Shown: piece by piece, positions 33,809 through 42,141 of the stretch
How positions within the stretch are numbered: the stretch's first letter is position 1
Layout: each line of letters begins with the position of its first letter
Assembly: GCA_030748535.1 (NCBI GenBank)
Contig: JASMLU010000001.1
Location: forward strand, 151,087 to 215,086
DNA from: Candidatus Krumholzibacteriia bacterium
Lineage (GTDB): Bacteria; Krumholzibacteriota; Krumholzibacteriia; JACNKJ01
Length of the DNA stretch: 64,000 nt
Direction of reading: 5' to 3'
The notes under the pieces: model-generated
What the model was told of the DNA's origin: nothing
The model's database searches: none
What the model saw: the letters and a program-made list of their open reading frames with translations, nothing else
Translations under genes and position numbers: made by a program

Positions 33809-34578
33809 ACTTTCCCTCCCGGCGTATATCCCTTTCGAGCCAGCTGCTCCATGGCCTTGCGAATGAGAAGAGAGGCAGAGTTTCCATCCTGGGGAAAGAG
33901 GGACTGAACCACGAGTACTTTCCAGGGCCCTCCCTCCAGTCGGGAAGTACAGTCCTCAAGTGCTGACTGAAGGCGCCTTTTCAATAGGCGAGACTGCTCC
34001 AGAGTCTCCGGGGCAAGGTGAAGCATTACTCCCTCCGGACTCAGCCCCCAGGTATCGGTCTTCCTGCCGATTTCAGCAGGGAGGTTCAAAAGAGGTTCCT
34101 CCTGAAAGTGGGAAACCTGCAGGCAGTTCTGTTCTTCATCAAGAAAGAGAAAGAGGCTCAGGCAGAAACCCAAATGATACCGCTGGCTGCGGAGGATCTC
34201 CCGGCGTAGCTCGCGGGCAAATGCGGGGAAGCTTGATCTTGCGGGTGGGCTTGCCCTTCTTTCTTCCTTCGGGGGAATCGACACCTCCGTTTCCTCCTGA
34301 AAAAAGCGGTTCTGGACTTCCGAAGGCAGCAATCGGGGAAGGCCGCCCCAGGCTTGCGTGGGTGCCTGTTCCACTACCAGATAGTCGGCAATGCCGGCCC
34401 ACTCGGGACAATGATCCGGGCGGAGAATGGGAAGGCCGGAAATCTCGGCATAGAGCCGAAGATCTTCATCCTGCCCGAGAGGGATGATTCCAAGGATCTC
34501 TGCTCGGCCTTCCATGCGAAGCCGCGTCAAAAGAGACAGAAGCTCATGGTCGGTTCCCATCAGGATCAGGCGAGTCAT
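33805..34578 (-). CDS. uncharacterised protein translationally coupled between mutS and mutL
   Basis: 257-aa ORF. ATGA overlap with mutS and GTGA overlap with mutL. N-terminal Rossmann-like ~75 aa. The C-terminal half loosely resembles a degenerate GGDEF fold (my reading only). Confidence 0.6.
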   Translation of the reverse strand: MTRLILMGTDHELLSLLTRLRMEGRAEILGIIPLGQDEDLRLYAEISGLPILRPDHCPEWAGIADYLVVEQAPTQAWGGLPRLLPSEVQNRFFQEETEVSIPPKEERRASPPARSSFPAFARELRREILRSQRYHLGFCLSLFLFLDEEQNCLQVSHFQEEPLLNLPAEIGRKTDTWGLSPEGVMLHLAPETLEQSRLLKRRLQSALEDCTSRLEGGPWKVLVVQSLFPQDGNSASLLIRKAMEQLARKGYTPGGKV

Positions 34579-37190
34579 GATTCTTCCTCCCGGTTCAGGC
34601 GCTCCCGGTACTCCGAGATCAGGGACAAGGCATCCAGAGGAGTCAGGCGTTCCGGGTCTAGGCTCCGGATCTCATCAAGAACCGGGTGCCCCTCGGAAGG
34701 AAAGAGAGTCATCTGCTCCCGCTGTGAGGGAACCGGCTTCCCGCCTTCTGCGAAATGGGCATCCCTCTCCATTTTTTCCAAAATCCGGAAGGCTCTCTCG
34801 GTGACTTTTCCGGGAATCCCGGCAAGGCGGGCCACCTGTATTCCATAACTCCGGCCGGCCGCTCCGGGCTCCACCTTTCGAAGGAAGATAATCTCCTCCT
34901 GCCATTCCTTCACGCTCACATGAAAGTTGTGAAGCCTTGGCAGATCCTTCTCCAGGCTTGTCAGTTCGTGATAGTGAGTAGCAAAAAGAGTCTTTGGATT
35001 CGGGTGAGAAGAGGAGTGCAGATGCTCCAGAACCGCCCAGGCAAGACTGAGTCCATCGTAGGTGCTGGTACCTCTCCCAATCTCATCCATAATCACCAGA
35101 CTGCGACTCGTAAGGTTACGGAGGATGTAGGCCGTCTCTTCCATCTCGACCAGGAAAGTAGATTGCCCGCGGGCAAGATTGTCGCTGGCCCCCACCCGGG
35201 TGAAAATCTTGTCAGTGATCCCGATTCTCGCAGAATCGGCCGGTACGAAGCTCCCCATCTGCGCCATCAGAACGATGAGCGCGTTCATTCTCAGATACGT
35301 CGATTTGCCGCCCATATTGGGACCGGTCAAGAGAGTGATCTGATGTCGCTCGGGGTGCATCTCCAGGTCATTGCGGATAAAATTCTCATCCTGCAACATT
35401 TCCACAACGGGATGGCGCCCTCCCAGAATCTCCAGAACTGGCTCCTGTTCAAGAACTGGACGCTGATATCTTTGCAGGGAGGCAAGTTCAGCAAGCGAGG
35501 CGAGAAGATCCAGCGCAGCGAGATGCCGTCCATTTGACTGAATGGTCTCGCGAAACTCCCAGGAGCGGGCCCGAAGGCTCTCAAAGATTTCCTTCTCCCG
35601 CTGAATCCTCTTTTCCTCTGCACCGAGGATTTCCTCTTCCCTGCTTTTCAACTCAGGAGTTGCGTAGCGCTGGCTGGAAGTCAGCGTCTGTTTGACAATG
35701 TAGTCTTCGGGGACCTTGTCCACATGGGATTTGCCAATCTCGATGTAGTAGCCAAAGACCCGGTTGTAGCCGATCTTGAGTTTCTGGATTCCGCTTCTCT
35801 TGCGTTCCTTATCCTGAAGAGACAGGATCCAGTCCCTTCCCTCTTCGCTCAGGGACCGTAAACGATCCAGCTCTGAATCAAACCCTGGACGGATCAGGTT
35901 TCCTTCATACAGGTGAGCAGGAAGCTCATCCAGGAGCGCTTCCTCGAGGAGCTTGCGGATCTCAGTAAGCTCATCAATGGAATCCCGCAGTCTCCCAATC
36001 TCGCCACCTTCCACTTCAGTGAGAAGATTGCGGATGCCCGGCAGGAGAGCCAGAGCCTGAGAGAGAGACTTCAGATCCCGGGGTCTTGCCTTCCTCTCAT
36101 TCAAACGACTCACCAGGCGCTCCAGATCCGCACAGGGTTTCAGTTCTCCGGCCAGTTCATTTCTCAGAGAACTCCTGTCGAGGAAAAGGGCGATTGCATC
36201 CTGTCGGTCTTCAATGGATCTGATATCCAGAAGAGGCGCCAGAAGCCAACGAGAAAGGAGACGCGATCCCATGGGACTAACGCAATGATCCATGACTCCG
36301 AGGAGAGTCGCACTTCGATCCTCACCGCGCATGGGGCGAATGAGTTCCAGGTTGTCGACAGTCAGGCGGTCGAGAACCATAATCTCATCCTGTCTCAGGA
36401 ATTCGACATGGTCAAAGAAGGAAAGATCTTCGGATTTCAGAGAGCGTAGGTATTGAAGAAGAGCCCCGAGGGCACGCAGGAGAGGTTCCTCCCCCTCACG
36501 GATTCCCATCAGCGTGCTGTCAGAAACAGAAAAGTGCTGTCTTAAAAAGGCCTCGCATTCCCCTTCCTGAAAGTGCCAGGCGGAGGAAGTGCTGAAATGA
36601 ATATCGGGATAGAGGTTTCTCAATTCCTGCAAGAGACCCTGCCCCACCATCTCCTCCGGGAAAAGGAACTCCTGAACATTGAAACGGCTCGGCAGACCCA
36701 GCAACTGGGAAGGGTGCTCCTGGCCTGCAATCAGTTCCCCCGTTGAGACATCTCCCAAGACAAAGCCAGCAGAATCCTGTTCCGGGAAGACCGACATGCA
36801 GTAGGCGCCCTGCTCTCTTGGCAGAAACTCCTCGAGGGTGAGAGTCCCGGGAGTGATCACCTCCAGAACTTCCCTCTTTACGACGCCCTTTGCGGTGGCA
36901 GGATCTTCTACCTGCTCACAAATCGCAACGCTACAGCCCGCGGCGATCAGACGATGGATGTAGGTATTCACGGAGTGATGGGGAACTCCAGCCAAGGGGA
37001 TTGGATTACCCTGACTCGAGCCTCGGGTGGTCAGTGCGATTCCCAGAATCCGACTGGCCTCGACCGCATCGTCATAGAAAGTCTCGTAGAAGTCCCCCAT
37101 ACGATAGAGTAGAATCTGGCCCTGATGCTGGGCCTTGATCCGCTGGTACTGCTCCATCATGGGAGTGAGGCTCTTTTTTGCCCGACTCAA
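34575..37190 (-). CDS. mutS: DNA mismatch repair protein MutS
   Basis: TPMMEQY N-terminus, Walker A GPNMGGKSTYLR, DEIGRGTSTYDG; 871 aa. Confidence 0.95.
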   Translation of the reverse strand: MSRAKKSLTPMMEQYQRIKAQHQGQILLYRMGDFYETFYDDAVEASRILGIALTTRGSSQGNPIPLAGVPHHSVNTYIHRLIAAGCSVAICEQVEDPATAKGVVKREVLEVITPGTLTLEEFLPREQGAYCMSVFPEQDSAGFVLGDVSTGELIAGQEHPSQLLGLPSRFNVQEFLFPEEMVGQGLLQELRNLYPDIHFSTSSAWHFQEGECEAFLRQHFSVSDSTLMGIREGEEPLLRALGALLQYLRSLKSEDLSFFDHVEFLRQDEIMVLDRLTVDNLELIRPMRGEDRSATLLGVMDHCVSPMGSRLLSRWLLAPLLDIRSIEDRQDAIALFLDRSSLRNELAGELKPCADLERLVSRLNERKARPRDLKSLSQALALLPGIRNLLTEVEGGEIGRLRDSIDELTEIRKLLEEALLDELPAHLYEGNLIRPGFDSELDRLRSLSEEGRDWILSLQDKERKRSGIQKLKIGYNRVFGYYIEIGKSHVDKVPEDYIVKQTLTSSQRYATPELKSREEEILGAEEKRIQREKEIFESLRARSWEFRETIQSNGRHLAALDLLASLAELASLQRYQRPVLEQEPVLEILGGRHPVVEMLQDENFIRNDLEMHPERHQITLLTGPNMGGKSTYLRMNALIVLMAQMGSFVPADSARIGITDKIFTRVGASDNLARGQSTFLVEMEETAYILRNLTSRSLVIMDEIGRGTSTYDGLSLAWAVLEHLHSSSHPNPKTLFATHYHELTSLEKDLPRLHNFHVSVKEWQEEIIFLRKVEPGAAGRSYGIQVARLAGIPGKVTERAFRILEKMERDAHFAEGGKPVPSQREQMTLFPSEGHPVLDEIRSLDPERLTPLDALSLISEYRERLNREEES

Positions 37191-38002
37191 GGAGACTCCT
37201 TCTCGGAGGTAATCGCAAAGTTCAGTCCGAAACGATCCCGAGCCTCTTGCCCGATGGATCTTGCCTCCTCTCTGCTGAGACAGGGCAAAGAGCAGACACG
37301 ATACAAATGTACTCCCTCCCGCTCAAAGCGGAGAATCTCCGCCTCCAGCCCATAGCCTGCGAGAATGTGGATCTGTTTTTTCGCGCCCGCAGGGTCGCGG
37401 AAGGCTCCCCATTGTACCCGAAAGCCTTCCCCCGTGGGAGAGGGAAATTCACCGATTTCCTTGCCCGCCTCCGGATGCCGGGCAAGGAGCTCCTTTCCGG
37501 GAGGGACAAAGATCGAGGAAGGATGCTTCTGAAAGAGCCGGTTAAGAGCCTTTTGAGACAGTTCGTAATCCTCTGTCTCGAAATGGAAAAGAGCAAGCCA
37601 GTAGAGTGACTCCGGATCGTCCCCCAAGAGCTGGGACTTCCACTCCCGCAATTCCTCTTCCGACCAGTCCTGCCTGGAATTCAACCTCAATTGAAGGGGA
37701 AGGTCGGGACCCTTTTCGGGCAAGGTCACTTTGACTTGCTTCTTTGACACGGCAAGAAGGGATCGCAGGTGCAGGGGACTCTTCTGAATGGAAGGCTCTG
37801 CAATCAGGGACTGGTAGAGCCCCGCAGCGAAACGGTAGGCAGGGTGCGCATTATTTGTGGCAACGGTGTCAGGCAAGGCAGGCCAGGAAAATGCAGTGTC
37901 TGCCAAGGAAGCGGAAGGAAGCAGAAATGCAAGAAGCAGGATGCTAGACAGGAATATGATCAGCGGACTCCTGAGTAATCGGATCATAACTGTTGAAGCC
38001 AT
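37187..38002 (-). CDS. SPOR-domain protein (secreted/periplasmic)
   Basis: Signal peptide MASTVMIRLLRSPLIIFLSSILLLAFLL. C-terminal FRVQWGAFRDPAGAKK...YRV SPOR repeat. Start set at ATG 38002; the ORF track runs to 38116, overlapping lapB. Confidence 0.6.
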   Translation of the reverse strand: MASTVMIRLLRSPLIIFLSSILLLAFLLPSASLADTAFSWPALPDTVATNNAHPAYRFAAGLYQSLIAEPSIQKSPLHLRSLLAVSKKQVKVTLPEKGPDLPLQLRLNSRQDWSEEELREWKSQLLGDDPESLYWLALFHFETEDYELSQKALNRLFQKHPSSIFVPPGKELLARHPEAGKEIGEFPSPTGEGFRVQWGAFRDPAGAKKQIHILAGYGLEAEILRFEREGVHLYRVCSLPCLSREEARSIGQEARDRFGLNFAITSEKESP

Positions 38003-39110
38003 GGCAAGCGGGACAATACCAGCGGGGGCCGCTGTGGCGGCTTCCACAATTTCTGCAGCGGTAGAGAGACGGGAGAGGACCGGACGAGTTCCACTTCTCC
38101 AGCCACTGCATTGCAAGTTCCGGTTTGTCCCACTCCAGAAGGATTCGACTGGCCTTCACCGCGTCAATGGAGTGAGAATTGAGATTCGAGTCCAGGAGGC
38201 GAATCGCATCTTCGCGGCTACCCCTCTTGTCGAGAATTGCAGCAAGCGCAAAACGGGCTGGCCAGAAACCAGGATCCTTGCTGAGGACCTCCTGGTAGAC
38301 GAACTGGATCTCGTGAAAACGGCCGAGATCAAAGAAGAGCTTCTCCATCTTCGGGTAGTCATGTTCTGAGCCCTGAGCAGCCGTGAGTGCCATAGTCTGG
38401 ATCTCATCGGCAGCTTCCTGATCCTTGCCTTCCTGATGAAAGAGATCCGCAGAAAGGCGTAGAGCGGGGATGCAGGCAGGATTCAGTTTCAGGGCTTCCT
38501 GCAAAGCCTTGCGGCCTTCCTTCCACTGCTGATCATGGATCTTCTGGCGTGCGCCTTCCGTGAGAAGGATCGCCATCTCATCAGTCTGGTCCTCACCCTC
38601 CAGACGATGCGCCTTGCGAAGCTCTGCTTGGGCTTTCTCCAGTTCCATCTTGTGGAGGAAAACCTGACTCATCCTGCGTGCAATCGATGGGTCGCGAGAA
38701 TCAAGGCGTCTCAATTCTTCCAGTTGACCCAGGGCCTCATCCCATCGGTTGGCGGCGAGATAATCGTCGGCTAGGCTCGCCAGAATCCTTGCTCGATCCT
38801 GATCGTGCGCATCTCTTCGAATCTCCAGAGAGCGATGAATGTGAATGGCTTTCTTGAACTGTCCTTGAGAGCGGTACAGATCTCCCAGTCGCAGAAATGC
38901 ATCCACTCCCCCCTGACCGGACTGAACAGCCAACTGCAACTGGGCAATGGCAGAGGAGAGGTCTCCATCGGCCAGAAACTCCAGAGCCAGGAGGTGGTGG
39001 TCCTTCGAAAGAGTCGCCCTGCGGCGGGAAGTCTTTCGACGCAAATAGAGGGCAACAAGCACCAGAAGAAGTGCTGCAAGAATGAGAAAATAGAGGAAGA
39101 GAAGCTTCAT
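37944..39110 (-). CDS. lapB: LapB (YciM)-like TPR protein with C-terminal rubredoxin-type zinc finger
   Basis: N-terminal TM, multiple TPRs, CRNCGSRHSGPRWYCPAC. Confidence 0.75.
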   Translation of the reverse strand: MKLLFLYFLILAALLLVLVALYLRRKTSRRRATLSKDHHLLALEFLADGDLSSAIAQLQLAVQSGQGGVDAFLRLGDLYRSQGQFKKAIHIHRSLEIRRDAHDQDRARILASLADDYLAANRWDEALGQLEELRRLDSRDPSIARRMSQVFLHKMELEKAQAELRKAHRLEGEDQTDEMAILLTEGARQKIHDQQWKEGRKALQEALKLNPACIPALRLSADLFHQEGKDQEAADEIQTMALTAAQGSEHDYPKMEKLFFDLGRFHEIQFVYQEVLSKDPGFWPARFALAAILDKRGSREDAIRLLDSNLNSHSIDAVKASRILLEWDKPELAMQWLEKWNSSGPLPSLYRCRNCGSRHSGPRWYCPACHGFNSYDPITQESADHIPV

Positions 39111-39446
39111 CTAGTTTTCCTCGTAAGGAGCGTCCTCAAAGTCCTGGTCCTGAAAACCCTCTTCAATGGACAGGTTTCTTAATTCCTTCAGTTCCTCAAG
39201 AAGGGAGTTCTCTTTTCTCCTCGTTTTGCGAAGTTCCGCACGAAGGGACAGCTCTTTTGCTACGGAGAAGAAGTACTGGAAAATCGCACCAAGCAGGAAA
39301 AAGAGGACAATCAGAAGAGGAAGAGGGATTTCCTTGTAGACCTTGAAACCGAGAGACAGAGTAGTCTTCTCCGTCGCATTGAAGATACCGAGAAAGAGAA
39401 TACACGCTACTACCAGAAGAATAAAGAAACGCTTCAAGACCCACAT
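39111..39446 (-). CDS. lapA: LapA (YciS)-like / DUF1049 inner-membrane protein
   Basis: Two TM segments plus a charged coiled tail. Immediately upstream of the lapB-like gene. Confidence 0.6.
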   Translation of the reverse strand: MWVLKRFFILLVVACILFLGIFNATEKTTLSLGFKVYKEIPLPLLIVLFFLLGAIFQYFFSVAKELSLRAELRKTRRKENSLLEELKELRNLSIEEGFQDQDFEDAPYEEN

Positions 39447-39460
39447 CTTTCCTCCTGAGA

Positions 39461-40771
39461 TCAGAGCAATTCTCCGGTCAGGGTTCCCCCCTTGAAACCG
39501 GTAATTCGAGCGACCGCAAAATCGCCAATCGCTGTTCCCTTTTTCGGGTCTACAATGACCCGCATATTGTTACGAGTCCTGCCCCGAAGCTGATTCTTGG
39601 CTTTTTTGCTCTCTTCATCAAGCAATATCTCAAGTTCCTCTCCCACTTGCGCCTGAAGAAGACGAACTGTTGTGGCTTCCTGTAGTTCCATCAAGCGGGC
39701 AAGCCTTTCGGATTTCACAGATTCGGGGACATCGTCCTCGCTCCGGCAGGCCAATGTCCCTTCTCGAGGAGAATACTTGAAGAGAAAGGAAGACACAAAT
39801 TTCTGCCGTTCCATCAGTTGAAGAGTCGCCTGGAAATCATCTTCCTGCTCTCCGGGAAACCCGACAATGAGATCGGTGGAAAACTGTAAGCCGTCGATTC
39901 TCTCCCTCCCGGCCAAGAGAATTGCCTCATATTGAGCAAGGTCATAATGGCGGTTCATCTTCCTTAGAACCCGGTCGCTCCCACTTTGGACTGGTAAATG
40001 AATCCGGTTCTCCACTTTCGGAAGATCTGCAATGGCATCAAAGACCTGTTCATTGAGGTCTGTTGGATAACTGGTCATGAAGCGGATTCGCTTGATCCCG
40101 TCAATGCAGGAGACATTCCGAAGCAGCGAAACGAAGTCATCTCCCCCATGCTGGTAACTACTGATGGTCTGGCCCAGGAGAGTGATTTCAAATCCTCCTG
40201 CCTCCGAGATCGACCGGGCTTCCCTCAGAATGATTTCCATGGGCTTGCTTCGCTCTCTTCCTCTCGTGAAAGGGACGATGCAGTAGGAACAGAATTTGTC
40301 ACATCCATGCATTACGGCCAGATAATGAGAACCCCCGGGCGGCATCTGTTTGGGTCGTGCCTCATAGGTCACCACATGGTCAAAGTCGGTAAAGTAGAGG
40401 GACGGCTTTTTCTGAAGTGCAAGATCGATAATCTCCGGTAGTCTTTGGTACTGATCCGTACCCACCACGAAATCGAGTCGTGAGTGCTTTTCCTGAAGAA
40501 GACTCTCACCCAGCCTCTGAGCCATGCACCCAAGAAGACCGATCATCCCCTCCTGTCGTCGTGCAACTCTCTCACCCCAGAGCTGGTTGATCCGCCCCCG
40601 CACGCGTTGCTCCGCGTTGTCCCGCACAGAACAGGTGTTGATCAGAATCAGGTCTGACATCTCTGCACTCGCCACTTTCCTGAGTCCCATCCCCTGCAGA
40701 ACATCGTCAATGACCTGTGAGTCATAGAAGTTCATCTGGCAGCCATAGGTTTCTATGTAGAATGTTTTCAT
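39461..40771 (-). CDS. miaB: tRNA-2-methylthio-N6-dimethylallyladenosine synthase
   Basis: TYGCQMN, NTCSVR, radical-SAM CDKFCSYC, C-terminal TRAM. Confidence 0.9.
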   Translation of the reverse strand: MKTFYIETYGCQMNFYDSQVIDDVLQGMGLRKVASAEMSDLILINTCSVRDNAEQRVRGRINQLWGERVARRQEGMIGLLGCMAQRLGESLLQEKHSRLDFVVGTDQYQRLPEIIDLALQKKPSLYFTDFDHVVTYEARPKQMPPGGSHYLAVMHGCDKFCSYCIVPFTRGRERSKPMEIILREARSISEAGGFEITLLGQTISSYQHGGDDFVSLLRNVSCIDGIKRIRFMTSYPTDLNEQVFDAIADLPKVENRIHLPVQSGSDRVLRKMNRHYDLAQYEAILLAGRERIDGLQFSTDLIVGFPGEQEDDFQATLQLMERQKFVSSFLFKYSPREGTLACRSEDDVPESVKSERLARLMELQEATTVRLLQAQVGEELEILLDEESKKAKNQLRGRTRNNMRVIVDPKKGTAIGDFAVARITGFKGGTLTGELL

Positions 40772-42087
40772 TGCCCGGACTCCCCCACGATCCGGGTCGC
40801 CGTCAATCCATCGCTCTCAAGACCCGAGACCTTCATGCTCCTGATCTCCCCGGCGTGAACCCCTTCTGCGGAAAAGGTAACTTTCAGGTAATTCTCACTA
40901 CGGCCTCTCATCATCCCTCCGGGAAGCGGGGTTTCGGCAAGCACCTGAAGCGTTTTACCTGTCTGAGTCTTCCGATATTCATCTTCCTTGTCACGAAACA
41001 TGTCTCTCAGAATCGCTCCCCTCCTCATGGCAAGGGAGCGGTCGACCTTCCCTTCCAGAGTGCTGGCCACCGTGCCGGGGCGGGGAGAGTAAGGAAAGAC
41101 ATGCGCATAATGAAGAGGGAGAGACTGGAGAAAAGTAAGAGTTGTCATGAAGGAGTTTCCCGACTCCCCGGGATAACCGGTAATCACATCCGTACCGACG
41201 CAGACATTGCTCACGGCAGAACAGATCCTCTCCAAAGTTTCCCGATACTCTGCACTTGTGTAGGGACGCTTCATGGAACGCAGAATCCCGTCATCACCGC
41301 TTTGCAGGGAAACATGAAAATGCGGACAGAGTCGCTCTGGCTCCGATTGAAAGAGATCCAGTAGCTCGCTGCTCACATGCTTTGGAAGCATGGAGCCCAA
41401 GCGGAAGCGAACATCCCGGGTCTTGTCCAGAAGCATCGAGAGCAGTTCTGGAAGCCGCCCTCCTTTTGAATCGGGGTCCCGGTAAAGCCCCAATTGAATG
41501 CCGGAGAGAACGACTTCATGAAATCCGTTTTCCTGCAAAGCATGAACGCGGCTCAAACACTCCCTTGAGGAGCGGCTCCGACTATTACCGCGAGCAAGAG
41601 GAACGATGCAGAAAGAGCAACGAAGATTACAGCCGTCCTGGATTTTCAGGATCGCGCGTCCGCGTCCATCAAAACGGGTAATGAGAAGATCCTCCAGTTT
41701 CTCCTGAGCCGGCTCTTCTGGAACATCCTCTCCCGAGAGAATGCCGGGGATCGCCATCTTCTGGTTATTTCCCAAAACCTGGGGAGAACCTTCCATGCTT
41801 CTGACTTCCTCAGGATCAATCTCAGCCTTGCACCCTGTGACCAGAATTCTGGTCTTCGGAGTGATTCTTGCGGTCTTTCGTAGCAGTTTCCGAAGATCCC
41901 GGTCACTGGCTTCGGTCACAGTACAGGAATTGACCACGAGAAGATCCGGTTCATCGCTGGGCCTCACCAGTTCCCATCCGCGGGCAAGAAGGTCCTCAAT
42001 AAGAACCTGCGTCTCATACTGATTCACCTTGCAACCCTGGGTCACAAGAGCGACTCGCACTGGAGTTTCAAAGCTCAGTTTATCCAT
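40768..42087 (-). CDS. mtaB: MtaB-like tRNA methylthiotransferase
   Basis: TQGCKVNQYE, NSCTVT, radical-SAM CNLRCSFC. No SD before the ATG, so the start is uncertain. Confidence 0.8.
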   Translation of the reverse strand: MDKLSFETPVRVALVTQGCKVNQYETQVLIEDLLARGWELVRPSDEPDLLVVNSCTVTEASDRDLRKLLRKTARITPKTRILVTGCKAEIDPEEVRSMEGSPQVLGNNQKMAIPGILSGEDVPEEPAQEKLEDLLITRFDGRGRAILKIQDGCNLRCSFCIVPLARGNSRSRSSRECLSRVHALQENGFHEVVLSGIQLGLYRDPDSKGGRLPELLSMLLDKTRDVRFRLGSMLPKHVSSELLDLFQSEPERLCPHFHVSLQSGDDGILRSMKRPYTSAEYRETLERICSAVSNVCVGTDVITGYPGESGNSFMTTLTFLQSLPLHYAHVFPYSPRPGTVASTLEGKVDRSLAMRRGAILRDMFRDKEDEYRKTQTGKTLQVLAETPLPGGMMRGRSENYLKVTFSAEGVHAGEIRSMKVSGLESDGLTATRIVGESGQ

Positions 42088-42091
42088 AGAT

Positions 42092-42124
42092 AAAAAAAGG
42101 GAGGCGGAGTTTTCTCCGCCTCCC
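42092..42124 (-). terminator. intrinsic terminator/attenuator after rpsA
   Basis: Minus strand: GGGAGGCGGAG-aaaa-CTCCGCCTCCC followed by TTTTTTT, ending 5 nt before the mtaB ATG. Confidence 0.85.
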
Positions 42125-42141
42125 TGAATACCCGAGGTTTC

